Assembly: GCA_963796055.1 (NCBI GenBank)
Contig: CAWCKH010000004.1
Span: 1,408,001 to 1,472,000, forward strand
DNA: 64,000 nucleotides
Source: an uncultured delta proteobacterium
GTDB taxonomy: Bacteria; Myxococcota; Myxococcia; Myxococcales; Myxococcaceae
Direction of reading: 5' to 3'
This document shows, piece after piece, positions 28,594 to 38,551 of this stretch (position 1 is its first letter; each line of letters starts with the position of its first letter). Both the position numbers and the translations under genes were made by a program. The notes under the pieces are model-generated. The model ran no database searches. It saw only the letters and a program-made list of their open reading frames with translations, and was not told the DNA's origin.

Positions 28594-29498
28594 TGCAGCA
28601 GGGTGCGCCCCAGACGGAAGGCGACCTCGGCCGGCGGATGACCGAGTTCATCGAGGGGCTGCAGCGCACCATCTGCTCGGCCGTCGAGGCAGAGGACGGC
28701 GGGGCCACCTTTCGCGAGGACGTCTGGGAGCGGCCGGGAGGCGGGGGAGGCCGTACCCGCGTCCTCGAGGGTGGCACGGTGTTCGAGAAGGGCGGGGTCA
28801 ACGTCTCCACGGTGTGGGGCGAGCTGGAGGAGCAGTTCGCCAAGAGGCTCCAGGGCGAGGGCCGCCGGTTCTTCGCCGCGGGGCTGAGCCTCATCCTCCA
28901 CCCCCGCAACCCGCGGGTCCCCACGGTCCATGCCAACTGGCGCTTCATCCAGCAGGGCGGTACGGCCTGGTTCGGCGGCGGCGCGGACCTCACCCCGCAT
29001 TACCTCTACGAGGAGGACGCGGTGCACTTCCACCGCGTGCTCCGCGAGGTCTGCGAGAAGCACGAGCCCGGCAGCTACGCCCGCCAGAAGGTCGATTGCG
29101 ATCGCTACTTCTGGATCACCCACCGCGACGAGGCCCGTGGGGTGGGCGGCATCTTCTTCGAGAACACCGGGCGGCCGCTGGAGCAGGAGTTCGCCTTCGT
29201 CCAGGATTGCGGACGGGCCTTCCTCCCTGCGTACCTGCCCATCGTGCAGCGGCGCCGGGACCTCCCCTATTCGGCCCAGCACCGGCGCTGGCAGCTGCTC
29301 CGGCGCGGGCGGTACGTCGAGTTCAACCTGGTGTACGACCGGGGCACGGTGTTCGGCCTCCAGACGCGCGGACGGACGGAGAGCATCCTGGTGTCCATGC
29401 CGCCGGAGGTGGCCTGGGGATACGACGTGCAGCCCGAACCGGGGAGCGAGGAGGCCAGGCTGGTGGCCGTTCTCCGGGACCCGCGCGCCTGGGTGTGA
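28593..29498 (+). CDS. hemF: Oxygen-dependent coproporphyrinogen III oxidase
   Basis: EKGGVNVS, PTVHANWR, WFGGGADLTP, RRGRYVEFNLVYDRGT. Confidence 0.96.
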   Translation: MQQGAPQTEGDLGRRMTEFIEGLQRTICSAVEAEDGGATFREDVWERPGGGGGRTRVLEGGTVFEKGGVNVSTVWGELEEQFAKRLQGEGRRFFAAGLSLILHPRNPRVPTVHANWRFIQQGGTAWFGGGADLTPHYLYEEDAVHFHRVLREVCEKHEPGSYARQKVDCDRYFWITHRDEARGVGGIFFENTGRPLEQEFAFVQDCGRAFLPAYLPIVQRRRDLPYSAQHRRWQLLRRGRYVEFNLVYDRGTVFGLQTRGRTESILVSMPPEVAWGYDVQPEPGSEEARLVAVLRDPRAWV

Positions 29499-29542
29499 GA
29501 GCGGAAACGCACCGGCGGGCCTGCTAGGTTGTCTTCCTCCCG

Positions 29543-30157
29543 GTGGCCACCGACGACCACAGTCTGGTCCTTCGCGCCCGCTCCGGCGACGAGCGCGCTT
29601 TCCGGACCCTGGTGGAGCGCTACCAGAAGAAGGTCTACGCGGTCGCGGTGGGGATGGTGAAGGACCGCGAGGAGGCCATGGACGTGGTCCAGGAGGCCTT
29701 CGTGAAGGTCCACCGGTCGCTGGACAGCTTCAAGGCCGACGCGACCTTCTACACCTGGCTCTACCGGATCACCGTGAACGTCTGCATCGACGTCATCCGC
29801 CGCCGTGGCGCGATGCGCAGCGACTCGGTCGAGTTCGACGAGCGCGTTGGCCATGACCTGGCCGAGGCCAACCTGGGCGCGGTCTCTTCCCAGCTGGGGA
29901 GCAACCCCGAGCGGTCGGCGCTCCAGCGCGAGGTGGGAGAGAAGATCCAGGCCGCCCTGGAGCAGATCCCCGAGAAGCACCGCGCCATCCTCCTGCTCCG
30001 TGAGCTGGACGGGCTGAGCTACGAGGAGCTATCGCAAGTCCTCGAAATTCCTAAAGGAACCGTCATGTCCCGGCTCTTCCATGCCCGGGCCAAGGTGCAG
30101 AAGCTGCTGTCGGAGTCGCTGGACATTCCACTGCCCTCCGAAGGCGAGAAAGACTGA
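29543..30157 (+). CDS. ECF sigma factor (RpoE-like)
   Basis: AFRTLVERYQ, DVVQEAF, FYTWLYRI, LSYEEL, GTVMSRLFHAR. Confidence 0.93.
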   Translation: MATDDHSLVLRARSGDERAFRTLVERYQKKVYAVAVGMVKDREEAMDVVQEAFVKVHRSLDSFKADATFYTWLYRITVNVCIDVIRRRGAMRSDSVEFDERVGHDLAEANLGAVSSQLGSNPERSALQREVGEKIQAALEQIPEKHRAILLLRELDGLSYEELSQVLEIPKGTVMSRLFHARAKVQKLLSESLDIPLPSEGEKD

Positions 30158-30218
30158 TGACGAAGGGCCAGAATATGAGCCAGGGTGCCTGCGTCCGACG
30201 GCGGAAGGGCCGGTTGTC

Positions 30219-30782
30219 ATGTCGCTGAATCCCGCAACTCTCCAGCTGCTCTCCGCCTATCTGGACGGGGAGCTCACCGCCGCCGAGCGCGAGACGGTGG
30301 AGCGCGCCCTGGCCACGAACCCCCGTATGCGCGAGATCGAGCAGTCGATGCGCCAGGTGGGCACGGCGATGCGGGTGGTGTCCGACGCCGAGGTGGCCCG
30401 GACCGACTTCTCGGGCCTCGCGGACCGGGTGCTCGGTCGGGTGTCGCGCCGGGCCGGCCTGCTCGACCGCCTCCGCGAGGCCTGGCGCCGTCCGTGGCTG
30501 CCCATGGGGGGCCTGGTCGCGGTCGCCGCAGCGGCCTTCTTCGCCCTCCGTCCCGTCGCTCCGGTGCCGCCCCCTGGCGTCGTGGTGCAGTCGGCCACCG
30601 CGGACACTCCGTCCCAGGTGCAGCCGGTGGTGCTCAAGACCGAGTCCGGGGACGCCATCATCTGGCTGGTCGAGCATCCGGACGCCTCGGGCAACCACCG
30701 ACCCACCGTGCTGCCGCCCGACAAGCCGGGCGTGCAGGCACCCGTCCCCGCTCAGCAGAGGCCCCGCGCGGGGGAGCTGTGA
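30219..30782 (+). CDS. Membrane anti-sigma factor
   Basis: LLSAYLDGEL anti-sigma domain followed by one TM helix; directly downstream of the ECF gene. Confidence 0.82.
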   Translation: MSLNPATLQLLSAYLDGELTAAERETVERALATNPRMREIEQSMRQVGTAMRVVSDAEVARTDFSGLADRVLGRVSRRAGLLDRLREAWRRPWLPMGGLVAVAAAAFFALRPVAPVPPPGVVVQSATADTPSQVQPVVLKTESGDAIIWLVEHPDASGNHRPTVLPPDKPGVQAPVPAQQRPRAGEL

Positions 30783-31189
30783 CCGCGCTCGCAGGGGTGA
30801 TGTCGCTCGGCGTGGCGGCGGTGCTCGCCACGGGGCCGGTCAAGGTGAACGTCCAGGTGGTGCACGCCTCCAACGGCGCACCACACGTGGATCCGGGTCT
30901 GGAGAAGATGCGGGAGGGCTTCGAGAAGGCCGGGCTCCGCTTCACCACCTACCGGCGGCTCTCCGAGCAGACGGTGAGCCTCACCGCAGGCAAGCCCACC
31001 GAGGTGGCCCTGCCGGGGAAGACGGCGACCCTCACCCTGGAGCCCGGTGATCACCCCCGCCCGCGCGTGGCGGTGAGCGTCCCTCCGCTGCGCACCACGG
31101 TGGAGCTCGGTACGGATGCCTCGGCGTTCCTCCAGGCCGGCCCGCACGAGAACGGGCAGCTCGTCTTGGTGCTGGCGGTGGAGAGGTAG
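30779..31189 (+). CDS. Exported hypothetical protein (third gene of the ECF operon)
   Basis: GTGA overlap with the anti-sigma gene; N-terminal hydrophobic segment. Confidence 0.7.
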   Translation: MTALAGVMSLGVAAVLATGPVKVNVQVVHASNGAPHVDPGLEKMREGFEKAGLRFTTYRRLSEQTVSLTAGKPTEVALPGKTATLTLEPGDHPRPRVAVSVPPLRTTVELGTDASAFLQAGPHENGQLVLVLAVER

Positions 31190-31247
31190 CCGCCCCCCGT
31201 TTCGTGGCGCGGCGGGGCGCGGTCGAGCAGAGTTGTGCCGCTCGCTC

Positions 31248-31976
31248 ATGTGCACCCTGGTCCTGGTCGTCCCGCATCCGGGGGGAGTCCTCCAGGTCGC
31301 CGCCAACCGCGATGAGTTCCTCTCGCGCGCGGCGGCGCCGCCCGAGCCGTCCGCCGACGGGCGCTGGCTCGCCCCGCGTGACCTTCAAGCCGGAGGAACC
31401 TGGCTGGGGCTGACCGCGGCCGGGCTCTTCGTGGGAGTGACGAACCGCGCAGCCGGCCCGCGAGACCCGTTGCGCCGCTCGCGAGGGCTCCTGGTGCTGG
31501 ACGCGCTCGAGTCGCCCGACGCGGTCAGTCTCCACCGCCGGCTGGGCGGGCTCGACCCGGCGGCGTACAACGGCTTTCACCTGGCCTACGCCGATGGGAC
31601 ATTCGCCGGGCTCACCTGGAGCGACGGCCGCGTCCTGCATCAGGAAGCGCTCACGCCCGGGGTGCACCTGCTCACCGAGCAGAGCCGGGGCGCAGGCGAC
31701 GATGGGCCCCGGCGGCGGCTCGTCGAGGAGCGCCTCCCCCCGGGACGGGTGCTGGGTCTGGAGGGCTGGCTGGCGCTGCTCTCGGTGCACGGCCCCGAGC
31801 CCCGGGCGAGGACCTGTGTCCACGCCGACGCGGTGGGCTACGGCACCCGGTCGGCCTTCGTGCTGCACCGCGGGCCGTCGGTGGCCGAGAGCCGCTGTGC
31901 CTGGACCGAGGCGCGCCCCTGCACCACCGCCGCCCGCGACGGGACCGCGCTGATGCGCGCCCTGGGCCGCTGGTAG
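31248..31976 (+). CDS. NRDE/TANGO2 family protein
   Basis: MCTL, AANRDEF, GGTWLG, SRGLLV, YGTRS. Confidence 0.9.
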   Translation: MCTLVLVVPHPGGVLQVAANRDEFLSRAAAPPEPSADGRWLAPRDLQAGGTWLGLTAAGLFVGVTNRAAGPRDPLRRSRGLLVLDALESPDAVSLHRRLGGLDPAAYNGFHLAYADGTFAGLTWSDGRVLHQEALTPGVHLLTEQSRGAGDDGPRRRLVEERLPPGRVLGLEGWLALLSVHGPEPRARTCVHADAVGYGTRSAFVLHRGPSVAESRCAWTEARPCTTAARDGTALMRALGRW

Positions 31977-31987
31977 CCTCCCTTCCC

Positions 31988-32856
31988 GTGCCCGGCCCCA
32001 TCCAGACGGCCCCCAGCGAGAGCCCCCGCATCTTTCAGCGCGACGGCAAACCGCTCATCCGTGCGCGCGACCTGGTGGGGCTGCGGCAGTCGACCTTCTC
32101 CGACCTGTACTACTTCCTCATCGCCGCGCGCTGGCGCGTGGTGCTGGCAATCTACGGAGGCGGATATCTCCTGGTGAACGCGCTCTTCGCGCTCGCTTAC
32201 ACCTGGACCGGCGGGGTGCTGAACGCCCGCCCGGGCTCCTACTCGGACGCGTTCTTCTTCAGCGCCGAGACGCTCGGGACCATCGGCTACGGGGTCCTGG
32301 CGCCGCACTCGCTCGGGGCGCACGCGGTGGCGACGCTGGAGAACATGGTCGGGCTGCTCGGGCTTGCGACCTTCACCGGCATCACCTTCGCCAAGTTCAG
32401 CCGCCCGAAAGCTCGGATCTTCAGCGATGTGGCGATCGTCGCCCCGCGCAACGGGATGGCGACCTTCAGCTTCCGGGTGGCGAACGAGCGGGTCAACCAC
32501 GTCGTGCAGGCGGCACTGCGGGTGACCCTGGTGCGGTCCGAGGTGACCGCCGAAGGCGAGCGCTACCGGCGGATGGCGGACCTGCCGCTGGCCCGGAGGC
32601 GAGCCCGATGCACGGGGTGACGCCGGAGGCCTTTGCCGAGGGGAAGATGGAGATTCTCGTCACCTTCACCGGGTGGGACGAGACGCTGGCGCAGACCATC
32701 TACGCCAGGCAGTCGTACGTGGCGTCGGAGCTACGCTGGAACCACCGGTTCCGCGACGCGATCCGGATGGCGTCCGACGGGTCGCGCCAGGTGGACTACG
32801 CGCAGTTTCACCAGACCGAGGCCCTGCCCACCGACGCCGACCGGGTGTCGGCCTGA
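31988..32856 (+). pseudogene. KirBac-type inward-rectifier K+ channel with an internal deletion and frameshift near 32595
   Basis: Filter TLGTIGYG, FAKFSRP, RVANER; the C-terminal part SPMHGVTPE...GWDETLAQ is in another frame, and the usual W..xHxIDE segment is missing. Confidence 0.8.
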
Positions 32857-33212
32857 ATCCGCGCCGCGCGCTTGTCCAGCTCGGTACAGACCCGCTCCAC
32901 GAAGTGGACGATGTCCCAGGGCTTTCGGAGCACGCTGATGCCCCCGAACGACGACCGGGATGTGGGCCCGCTGGTCACCAGCAGGCACGCGACCTCGGGG
33001 AAGTGCGCCCCGACGGCCCCGAGGAACAGGTCGCCGCGGGCGTCCTCGAGCTGGACGTCCGAGACCACCAGGTCGGGCCGCTCGGACTTCAGCCGGTCCA
33101 GAGCTTCGTGGGCAGACCGGACCGAGTCCACCTCGTACCCCCGGCGGACAAGCCCGTGACGCATCAGGGCGAGGACAGCCGGGTCGTCCTGGATGATGAG
33201 CACGCGTGGCAT
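32808..33212 (-). CDS. Single-domain response regulator (receiver)
   Basis: VLIIQDD, LVVSD, LLVTS, LRKP. Confidence 0.75.
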   Translation of the reverse strand: MPRVLIIQDDPAVLALMRHGLVRRGYEVDSVRSAHEALDRLKSERPDLVVSDVQLEDARGDLFLGAVGAHFPEVACLLVTSGPTSRSSFGGISVLRKPWDIVHFVERVCTELDKRAARIQADTRSASVGRASVW

Positions 33213-33432
33213 CGCAGGAGGGACCTTGCCCTGCGGGACACCGCCCGTCAGCAATGGATTCTGGCATCGACGCAGCTGTTCAGTGGCCGACCTTGAGGAC
33301 AAGCGCTCGTCCGCTCCTCTATCACACGGTCTACCAAGCAGAACAGCATGGATACGTCCGGCGCCGTAGGGAAACGCGGCCACGTACCGCCCCACACCGG
33401 GGGTGGGACCCACGGCGCGACGACTGCTCCGG

Positions 33433-33454
33433 GAGGTGCCAGACACCTCGTTAC
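33433..33454 (+). repeat. REP-like palindrome, copy 2
   Basis: GAGGTGCCAGACACCTCGTTAC; overlaps the P450 TAA stop codon. Confidence 0.8.
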
Positions 33455-34836
33455 GGGCCGGCGTTCCGAGGCTCGACGCGAACCGGCAGACCGCCTCTGG
33501 GCCGGAGCGTGACGCTGGGCTCCGGGACCACCGGACCGGGGCGGACTGGCACGAAGCGCCACCGGCCGGCGAGGGTGGCCAGTACCAGCATCGCCTCGTT
33601 CCAGGCGAACCCCTCGCCGATGCAGGCGCGGGTGCCTGCCCCGAAGCCGATGAAGGCATGGCGGTGGCGTGCGGCGCGGGCCTCGACGGTCCACCGGCCG
33701 GGGTCGACCTGTGCGGGCGCCGGCCAGAAGCGCGCATCCCGGTGGAGCACCCACGGACAGAGCACCGCGATGGTTCTTGCCGGGAGCACGGGTCCGTCGG
33801 TCAGGGGCAGCGGCTCGAGGACCCTCCGACCGATGACCCAGGCCGGGGGAAATAGCCGCAGGGACTCGCCGACGACGCCGCGGGTGACGGACAGCGCATC
33901 GAGGTCCTCGGCGGTCGGGAGTCGGCCGGCGAGCACCCGGTCCAGCTCGGCGTGCAGCGCGCGCTCCACCTCGGGATGGGTGGCGACCAGGTGGAACCCC
34001 CAGGTGAGCGCCAGCGCGGTGGTCTCGTGCCCGGCGAGGAGCAAGGTCATCACCTCGTCGCGGACCGCCCGGTCGTCGAAGACGCCGGCCTCGCGCGCCT
34101 CGAGCAGCGTCGCCAGGAGGTCGTCGTGCCGGGAGCCGCCGTGCCGCGCGACGAGCGAGGCCACCGCCGCCTCGAGCTCCGCGCGCGCCGCGCGGAACCG
34201 GCGGGTACGCGGCACGGGGAGCGAGAGCAGAAGACCGCCCAGCGGGAGCGAGAGGCTGCGGAACGCGCCCAGAGCCTCGGTGAGCGCGTCGCCGATCCGG
34301 CTGGCCTCGGCGGTGAGATCGGCGCCGAGGAGCGCCTCGGAGACGATGCCCAGGGTGAGCTGCATCATCACCCGCGCCAGATCGACCGTCTCCCCGGCGC
34401 GCATCCCCTCGGAGCAGGCGCGGGCCTGGCGGACCATCCCCGGCACGTAGCGGAGCAGCTCGCTCCGGTGGAACGCCGGCTGGAGCCGGCGACGGTGCTC
34501 GAGGTGGACCGCACCCTCGCTGGTGAGGAGGCCGTCTCCGAGCAACACCCGGGTGCTCCGGAGCGCTGGACCCTTCTCGACCTTCGAGCCGTGCGTCAGC
34601 AGCACGTCGCGGACGTGGTCCGGGTGGCCGAGCAGGACCAGGCGACGCCCGAGCACCCGGAACCGGGCGAGGTCGCCGCGCTCCTCGTGGATGCGGGTGA
34701 AGAACCCGAGCGCGTCCCGACGAAGCTGGAAGAAGTCATGGCCAGGAATACGGACCCCGGGCCGCCGGGGCGAGGCACGCCGGACGCCGGACCGACCTGC
34801 GGTCGTTCTCTCGGTGGATGCTCCAGGGATGCGCAC
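33451..34836 (-). CDS. Cytochrome P450
   Basis: AGHETT I-helix, ESLR, heme loop FGAGTRACIG; start uncertain. Confidence 0.93.
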   Translation of the reverse strand: MRIPGASTERTTAGRSGVRRASPRRPGVRIPGHDFFQLRRDALGFFTRIHEERGDLARFRVLGRRLVLLGHPDHVRDVLLTHGSKVEKGPALRSTRVLLGDGLLTSEGAVHLEHRRRLQPAFHRSELLRYVPGMVRQARACSEGMRAGETVDLARVMMQLTLGIVSEALLGADLTAEASRIGDALTEALGAFRSLSLPLGGLLLSLPVPRTRRFRAARAELEAAVASLVARHGGSRHDDLLATLLEAREAGVFDDRAVRDEVMTLLLAGHETTALALTWGFHLVATHPEVERALHAELDRVLAGRLPTAEDLDALSVTRGVVGESLRLFPPAWVIGRRVLEPLPLTDGPVLPARTIAVLCPWVLHRDARFWPAPAQVDPGRWTVEARAARHRHAFIGFGAGTRACIGEGFAWNEAMLVLATLAGRWRFVPVRPGPVVPEPSVTLRPRGGLPVRVEPRNAGP

Positions 34837-34892
34837 CTCGACGGATCAACACTCCCGGACGGCGCGCGTTGCAAGCAGGCGGCGCGGCTCGG

Positions 34893-35657
34893 TCACTTCC
34901 CGACGAAGGCGAAGTACTCGGTCGACGTGGGCGGGTGCTCCCAGATGTCGTTGTGACCTGCGCCCTCGACCTCGACGAACCGGGCACACGGAAACTTCGC
35001 TGCCAGCGCTCTCCCCAGATCCACGGGGATGACCTGGTCGCGGTCGCCGTGCAGCACCAGCACCGGTCTGTCGATCTGCGGTGCGCGTGAGGCCGAATCG
35101 AAGCGGTCGCGCATCAGGAGCCGCATCGGAAGGAAGCGGATGACCCGGGCGGCGACGTCCGGCAGCGACGTGTAGGGGGAGAGCAGCGCCAGCTTCGTGC
35201 CCCAGCCCTTCGCGGCGAGGGTGACGGCCACTCCCGTGCCGAGGGACTGCCCGCTCAGGATGATGCGCTCCTTCGCGATTCCCTTCGTGGTCGTGAGGTA
35301 CTGGAGCGCTCTCTCGGCGGCCTGGACGATGCTCTCCTCCGAGGGTGTGCCTGCGGCCCCGGGGTAGCCCGGGTACTCCACCGCGGCGAACGACACGCCC
35401 CGGTGCGCGAGCTCCTCGCCGAGCCAGCCCGTCCAGGCGATCTGCTCGCTGTTGCCGTGGAAGTGCACCACGACGGGGCCGGAGTCCGCCGCGAGCCAGA
35501 GCATGGGCGTCCCTCCGGGGACGTCGATGATCTCGCCCTTACCGGTCCATTGGGCGCGCTCCTTCGGCGCGGCAAACAGCATCGCGCGCTGGGCGAGGAA
35601 GAGCACCGCCCCGAGCCCGAGAAGCCCCACGGCCATCGCTGCCAGCAGAAGCATCAT
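34893..35657 (-). CDS. Membrane-anchored alpha/beta hydrolase (ABHD12/13/17-like)
   Basis: N-terminal TM; HFHGN, EYPGY, GQSLG, HGDRDQVIP, GAGHND. Confidence 0.9.
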   Translation of the reverse strand: MMLLLAAMAVGLLGLGAVLFLAQRAMLFAAPKERAQWTGKGEIIDVPGGTPMLWLAADSGPVVVHFHGNSEQIAWTGWLGEELAHRGVSFAAVEYPGYPGAAGTPSEESIVQAAERALQYLTTTKGIAKERIILSGQSLGTGVAVTLAAKGWGTKLALLSPYTSLPDVAARVIRFLPMRLLMRDRFDSASRAPQIDRPVLVLHGDRDQVIPVDLGRALAAKFPCARFVEVEGAGHNDIWEHPPTSTEYFAFVGK

Positions 35658-35680
35658 CCGCGAGCCGACCCTCGACGTCC

Positions 35681-36433
35681 TCACCAGATGAACGGGATGA
35701 GCGCGCGCCGATTCGCGGGGTAGTCGGGGAACTTCTCGCGGTACCACCGGTGGTTCGCCAGCGCGCGCGGCGCGAGATTGGCGAAGGTGAAGGCGGCGAA
35801 TGCCCACGCGGCCAGCGTCTGCGCCGCGACCGCGAACCCGACCCACTCGACGATCTCCGCCAGGTAATTCGGGGCGCTCACATAGGTGAAGCCACCGCCG
35901 ACCGGCACCTGGTAGCCGCTCTCACCCGGCGCCCGGAGCGAGCGCAGCACCTGGTCCGAATGGACGTTCAGCGCGAAGCCCAGGACGAAGAGCGTGACCC
36001 CGAGGAAGAAGAACGCGTCGAACGGGCGGTCGGTGAGCCCGGCCGCGTTCCCCGTGGCGTTGATCGCGTTGAACACCATTCCCATGGCGACGGTGAGCAC
36101 CGACTGGCGCTTCTCCGAATCCCTGCGCAGCAGCGAGAAGACGAAGGTGCGCTGCAGGTAGTGCACGAGCCAGAGTAGCCCCAGCACCCTCACCATTGGC
36201 GTGTCGAACCGTGGGTTGGCGATCCACACCAGGGCGAAGACGAAGACCGAGGGACACTCCATTGCGATCCACCCGAGCTTCGAACCCAGGGCAGGACCCC
36301 AGCCGGGACGGAAGTGACGCCCGTACGGGGCGGTCACGAAGAAGAGCAGCGGGAAGACGCCGGCGGCGGAGATCAACACCACCCAGGGTGCGGCCCGAGC
36401 GAACGGCTGGATCGACAGCCAGAGCGAGGTCAT
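35681..36433 (-). CDS. Steroid 5-alpha-reductase (3-oxo-5-alpha-steroid 4-dehydrogenase) family protein
   Basis: APYGRH, WIAMECPS, HYLQRT, SDQVLRSLR, PNYLAEIVEW, NLAPRALANHRWY, YP..RRALIPF. Confidence 0.9.
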   Translation of the reverse strand: MTSLWLSIQPFARAAPWVVLISAAGVFPLLFFVTAPYGRHFRPGWGPALGSKLGWIAMECPSVFVFALVWIANPRFDTPMVRVLGLLWLVHYLQRTFVFSLLRRDSEKRQSVLTVAMGMVFNAINATGNAAGLTDRPFDAFFFLGVTLFVLGFALNVHSDQVLRSLRAPGESGYQVPVGGGFTYVSAPNYLAEIVEWVGFAVAAQTLAAWAFAAFTFANLAPRALANHRWYREKFPDYPANRRALIPFIW

Positions 36434-36647
36434 GGCGAACGAGACGGGGCCACCTTACCCGTGCCAACCCGCCGCGGCAGCGGAAGAGGAGCCCCGCCGC
36501 GTCGGACCGGGCGAGGGGGGTCGCGCCCGACGGCCAACGCTCGACGGCGAACCACCACTGCCGGTCGGCGCGGGATGCAGGCGACGGGACTCGCCGCACG
36601 CTGCCCGCGCGGCTCCGACTCGAACGTCCGCAGGACGCCCCTGCCAC

Positions 36648-38447
36648 TCAGTTCGGCGTGGTCGCCGGCGCCGGGCGGTTCGCGGCCGCGCGGAGCTTCT
36701 CCGCGGGCACGAACTCGTCCATGACCGCGCGCAGCCGCAGGTCCGGCGGCAGCATCCCCAGCGAGAGCACGAAGTCGTTGAACCGCTGCCGGTCCAGGCG
36801 GCCTCCCAGCGCGAGCTCGGCGCGCTGCCGCGTCTCCAGCATCGACTGGTAGCCGAAGAAGTACGAGGTGGCCTGCCCGGGCGCCCGGAAGGTGTACCGG
36901 TCGACCTCCTGCTTGGCCATGCCCTCGGAGAGGACGACCTCCTCCATCAGCACCCGCTTCGCCTCGTCGGGCGAGATCTGGCCCAGGTTCACCATCGGAT
37001 CGAGAAAGGCTCGCGCGGCTCGCAGCAGCCGGTGCTGGAGCGAGGCCAGCTGCCCATCGAGCGGCAGGTAGGGCTTCATCTCTGCCTCGGCATAGAGCGC
37101 CCAGCCCTCCACGTTGGCGCTGTTCATGGCGAAGATGGCGCGGGCGATCGACACGCCCTGCTCGAGCATCCGCGAGAACTGCAGCTCGTGCCCCGGCCGG
37201 GCCTCGTGCACGGTGAGCGTCCAGGTCGCGGCGTCGAAGGTGAAGTCGTCGGTACGCAGGTCCTTCTGCCCGGGAGCCCCGGGCGTGGCCAGCGGGAGCA
37301 CGAACTCGCCGTACTCACCGGTGTTGCCGATGAGCCGCGGCGGATTCATGTGCGGCGCGGGCTGCATCGCCGACTCGGCCTCGGACGCCAGCCGGATGAC
37401 TGCCTTGCGTTGGGGGAGCGTCACCACGTGCTCCCGCCGGGCAATCTCCTCCAGCGCTGCCAGGCGCTTGGAGTACAGCGGCATGAGCGCGGCGTTGGTC
37501 AGCTGCTTCTTCTTCAGCGCCCGCAGCACCGAGCGGTAGTCGCCGCCGGCGGGGAGCTTCTGCGCCCTGGCCACCAGGGGGGCGAGGGCGTTCATCTCGT
37601 TGCGAAGCTCGGCGAAGGTGACCAGCGCCCGGCGAAGCACCTCCTCGGGCGTGGCGTTGACCCCGTAGTTGCGGAGGTACATCGCATAGAGCTCCGGCGG
37701 GAGACGGCTGTCGGTGCGCGCGCGGGGGAGGATCTCCGCCTTGACCCAGGCGTCATAGGCGCTCATCTGCTCCGCGAGCTTCGCCAGCGGCTGCTCGTAC
37801 CCGTTCAGCCCCTGCTTCTTGAAGAGCTCGCCGATTCCCGCGACCAGCCGCTTGCTGTCCGCCAGCGCCTGCTCCACCTCGGGCTTGAAGGGGCCCAGGA
37901 GCTTCTTGTTCCCGAGCTGCTCCACGGTGCGAGCCTTCGCCAGCTCGGTGATGGGCGTCGACCCGGGCTCCATCCCTGCGTACCGGCGTAGCCGCACCAG
38001 CGCCGCGGCCTGCCGCTCCTTGGGGATGCGTGGGTCGAGCAGCGCGAAGATGCCGCCGAAGGCGGTACGCGCCGGGGTGAAGAACGGGAGCAGCAGCGCG
38101 TCCTCGAGCTTGCCGAGCTCGTTCTGTCGTCGCCCGGCATCGATGAGGATCTCGATGTCCTGCCGAACCCGCGAATCCTTGGTCGCCGGGAGCCTGGCCT
38201 CGAGGTCCTTGATCACCGCCTCGGTCGCGGCCCGGTTGCGCTCGCTGTACCCGGGCCCGAGATCGATCACCTTGTCGTCGACCCCCTCCACCCCGAGCCG
38301 TGCCGCGCCCTCGGGGAAGAACTGAGCAGTGATCTGCAGCATCGGCTGGGCGAGCGCGTCACTCTCTCGCACCCAGTCCGGGACCGGAGCGGCCAGGGCC
38401 GGGACGGCCAGGAGGACCAGGAGAAGGGGGAAGGGACGGACGCGCAT
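36648..38447 (-). CDS. DUF885 family exported protein
   Basis: Signal peptide; HEARPGHELQ, EGWALYAE, EVDRY, PGQATSY. Confidence 0.88.
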   Translation of the reverse strand: MRVRPFPLLLVLLAVPALAAPVPDWVRESDALAQPMLQITAQFFPEGAARLGVEGVDDKVIDLGPGYSERNRAATEAVIKDLEARLPATKDSRVRQDIEILIDAGRRQNELGKLEDALLLPFFTPARTAFGGIFALLDPRIPKERQAAALVRLRRYAGMEPGSTPITELAKARTVEQLGNKKLLGPFKPEVEQALADSKRLVAGIGELFKKQGLNGYEQPLAKLAEQMSAYDAWVKAEILPRARTDSRLPPELYAMYLRNYGVNATPEEVLRRALVTFAELRNEMNALAPLVARAQKLPAGGDYRSVLRALKKKQLTNAALMPLYSKRLAALEEIARREHVVTLPQRKAVIRLASEAESAMQPAPHMNPPRLIGNTGEYGEFVLPLATPGAPGQKDLRTDDFTFDAATWTLTVHEARPGHELQFSRMLEQGVSIARAIFAMNSANVEGWALYAEAEMKPYLPLDGQLASLQHRLLRAARAFLDPMVNLGQISPDEAKRVLMEEVVLSEGMAKQEVDRYTFRAPGQATSYFFGYQSMLETRQRAELALGGRLDRQRFNDFVLSLGMLPPDLRLRAVMDEFVPAEKLRAAANRPAPATTPN

Positions 38448-38551
38448 GGGGGCTCCAGGGAGTGGGCCGAAGGGTTCTGGTTGAAAGCCGTGCCGTCCGC
38501 CAGCGGAGAGCAGCGAATGACGACCGGCCGGTTCCGGGGGGCGTGTTCGCC

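Noticed and set aside
33251..33268. Sigma54-like TGGCAT...GC motif
   Set aside because: Poor -12 element (CAGC) and it points toward no gene start
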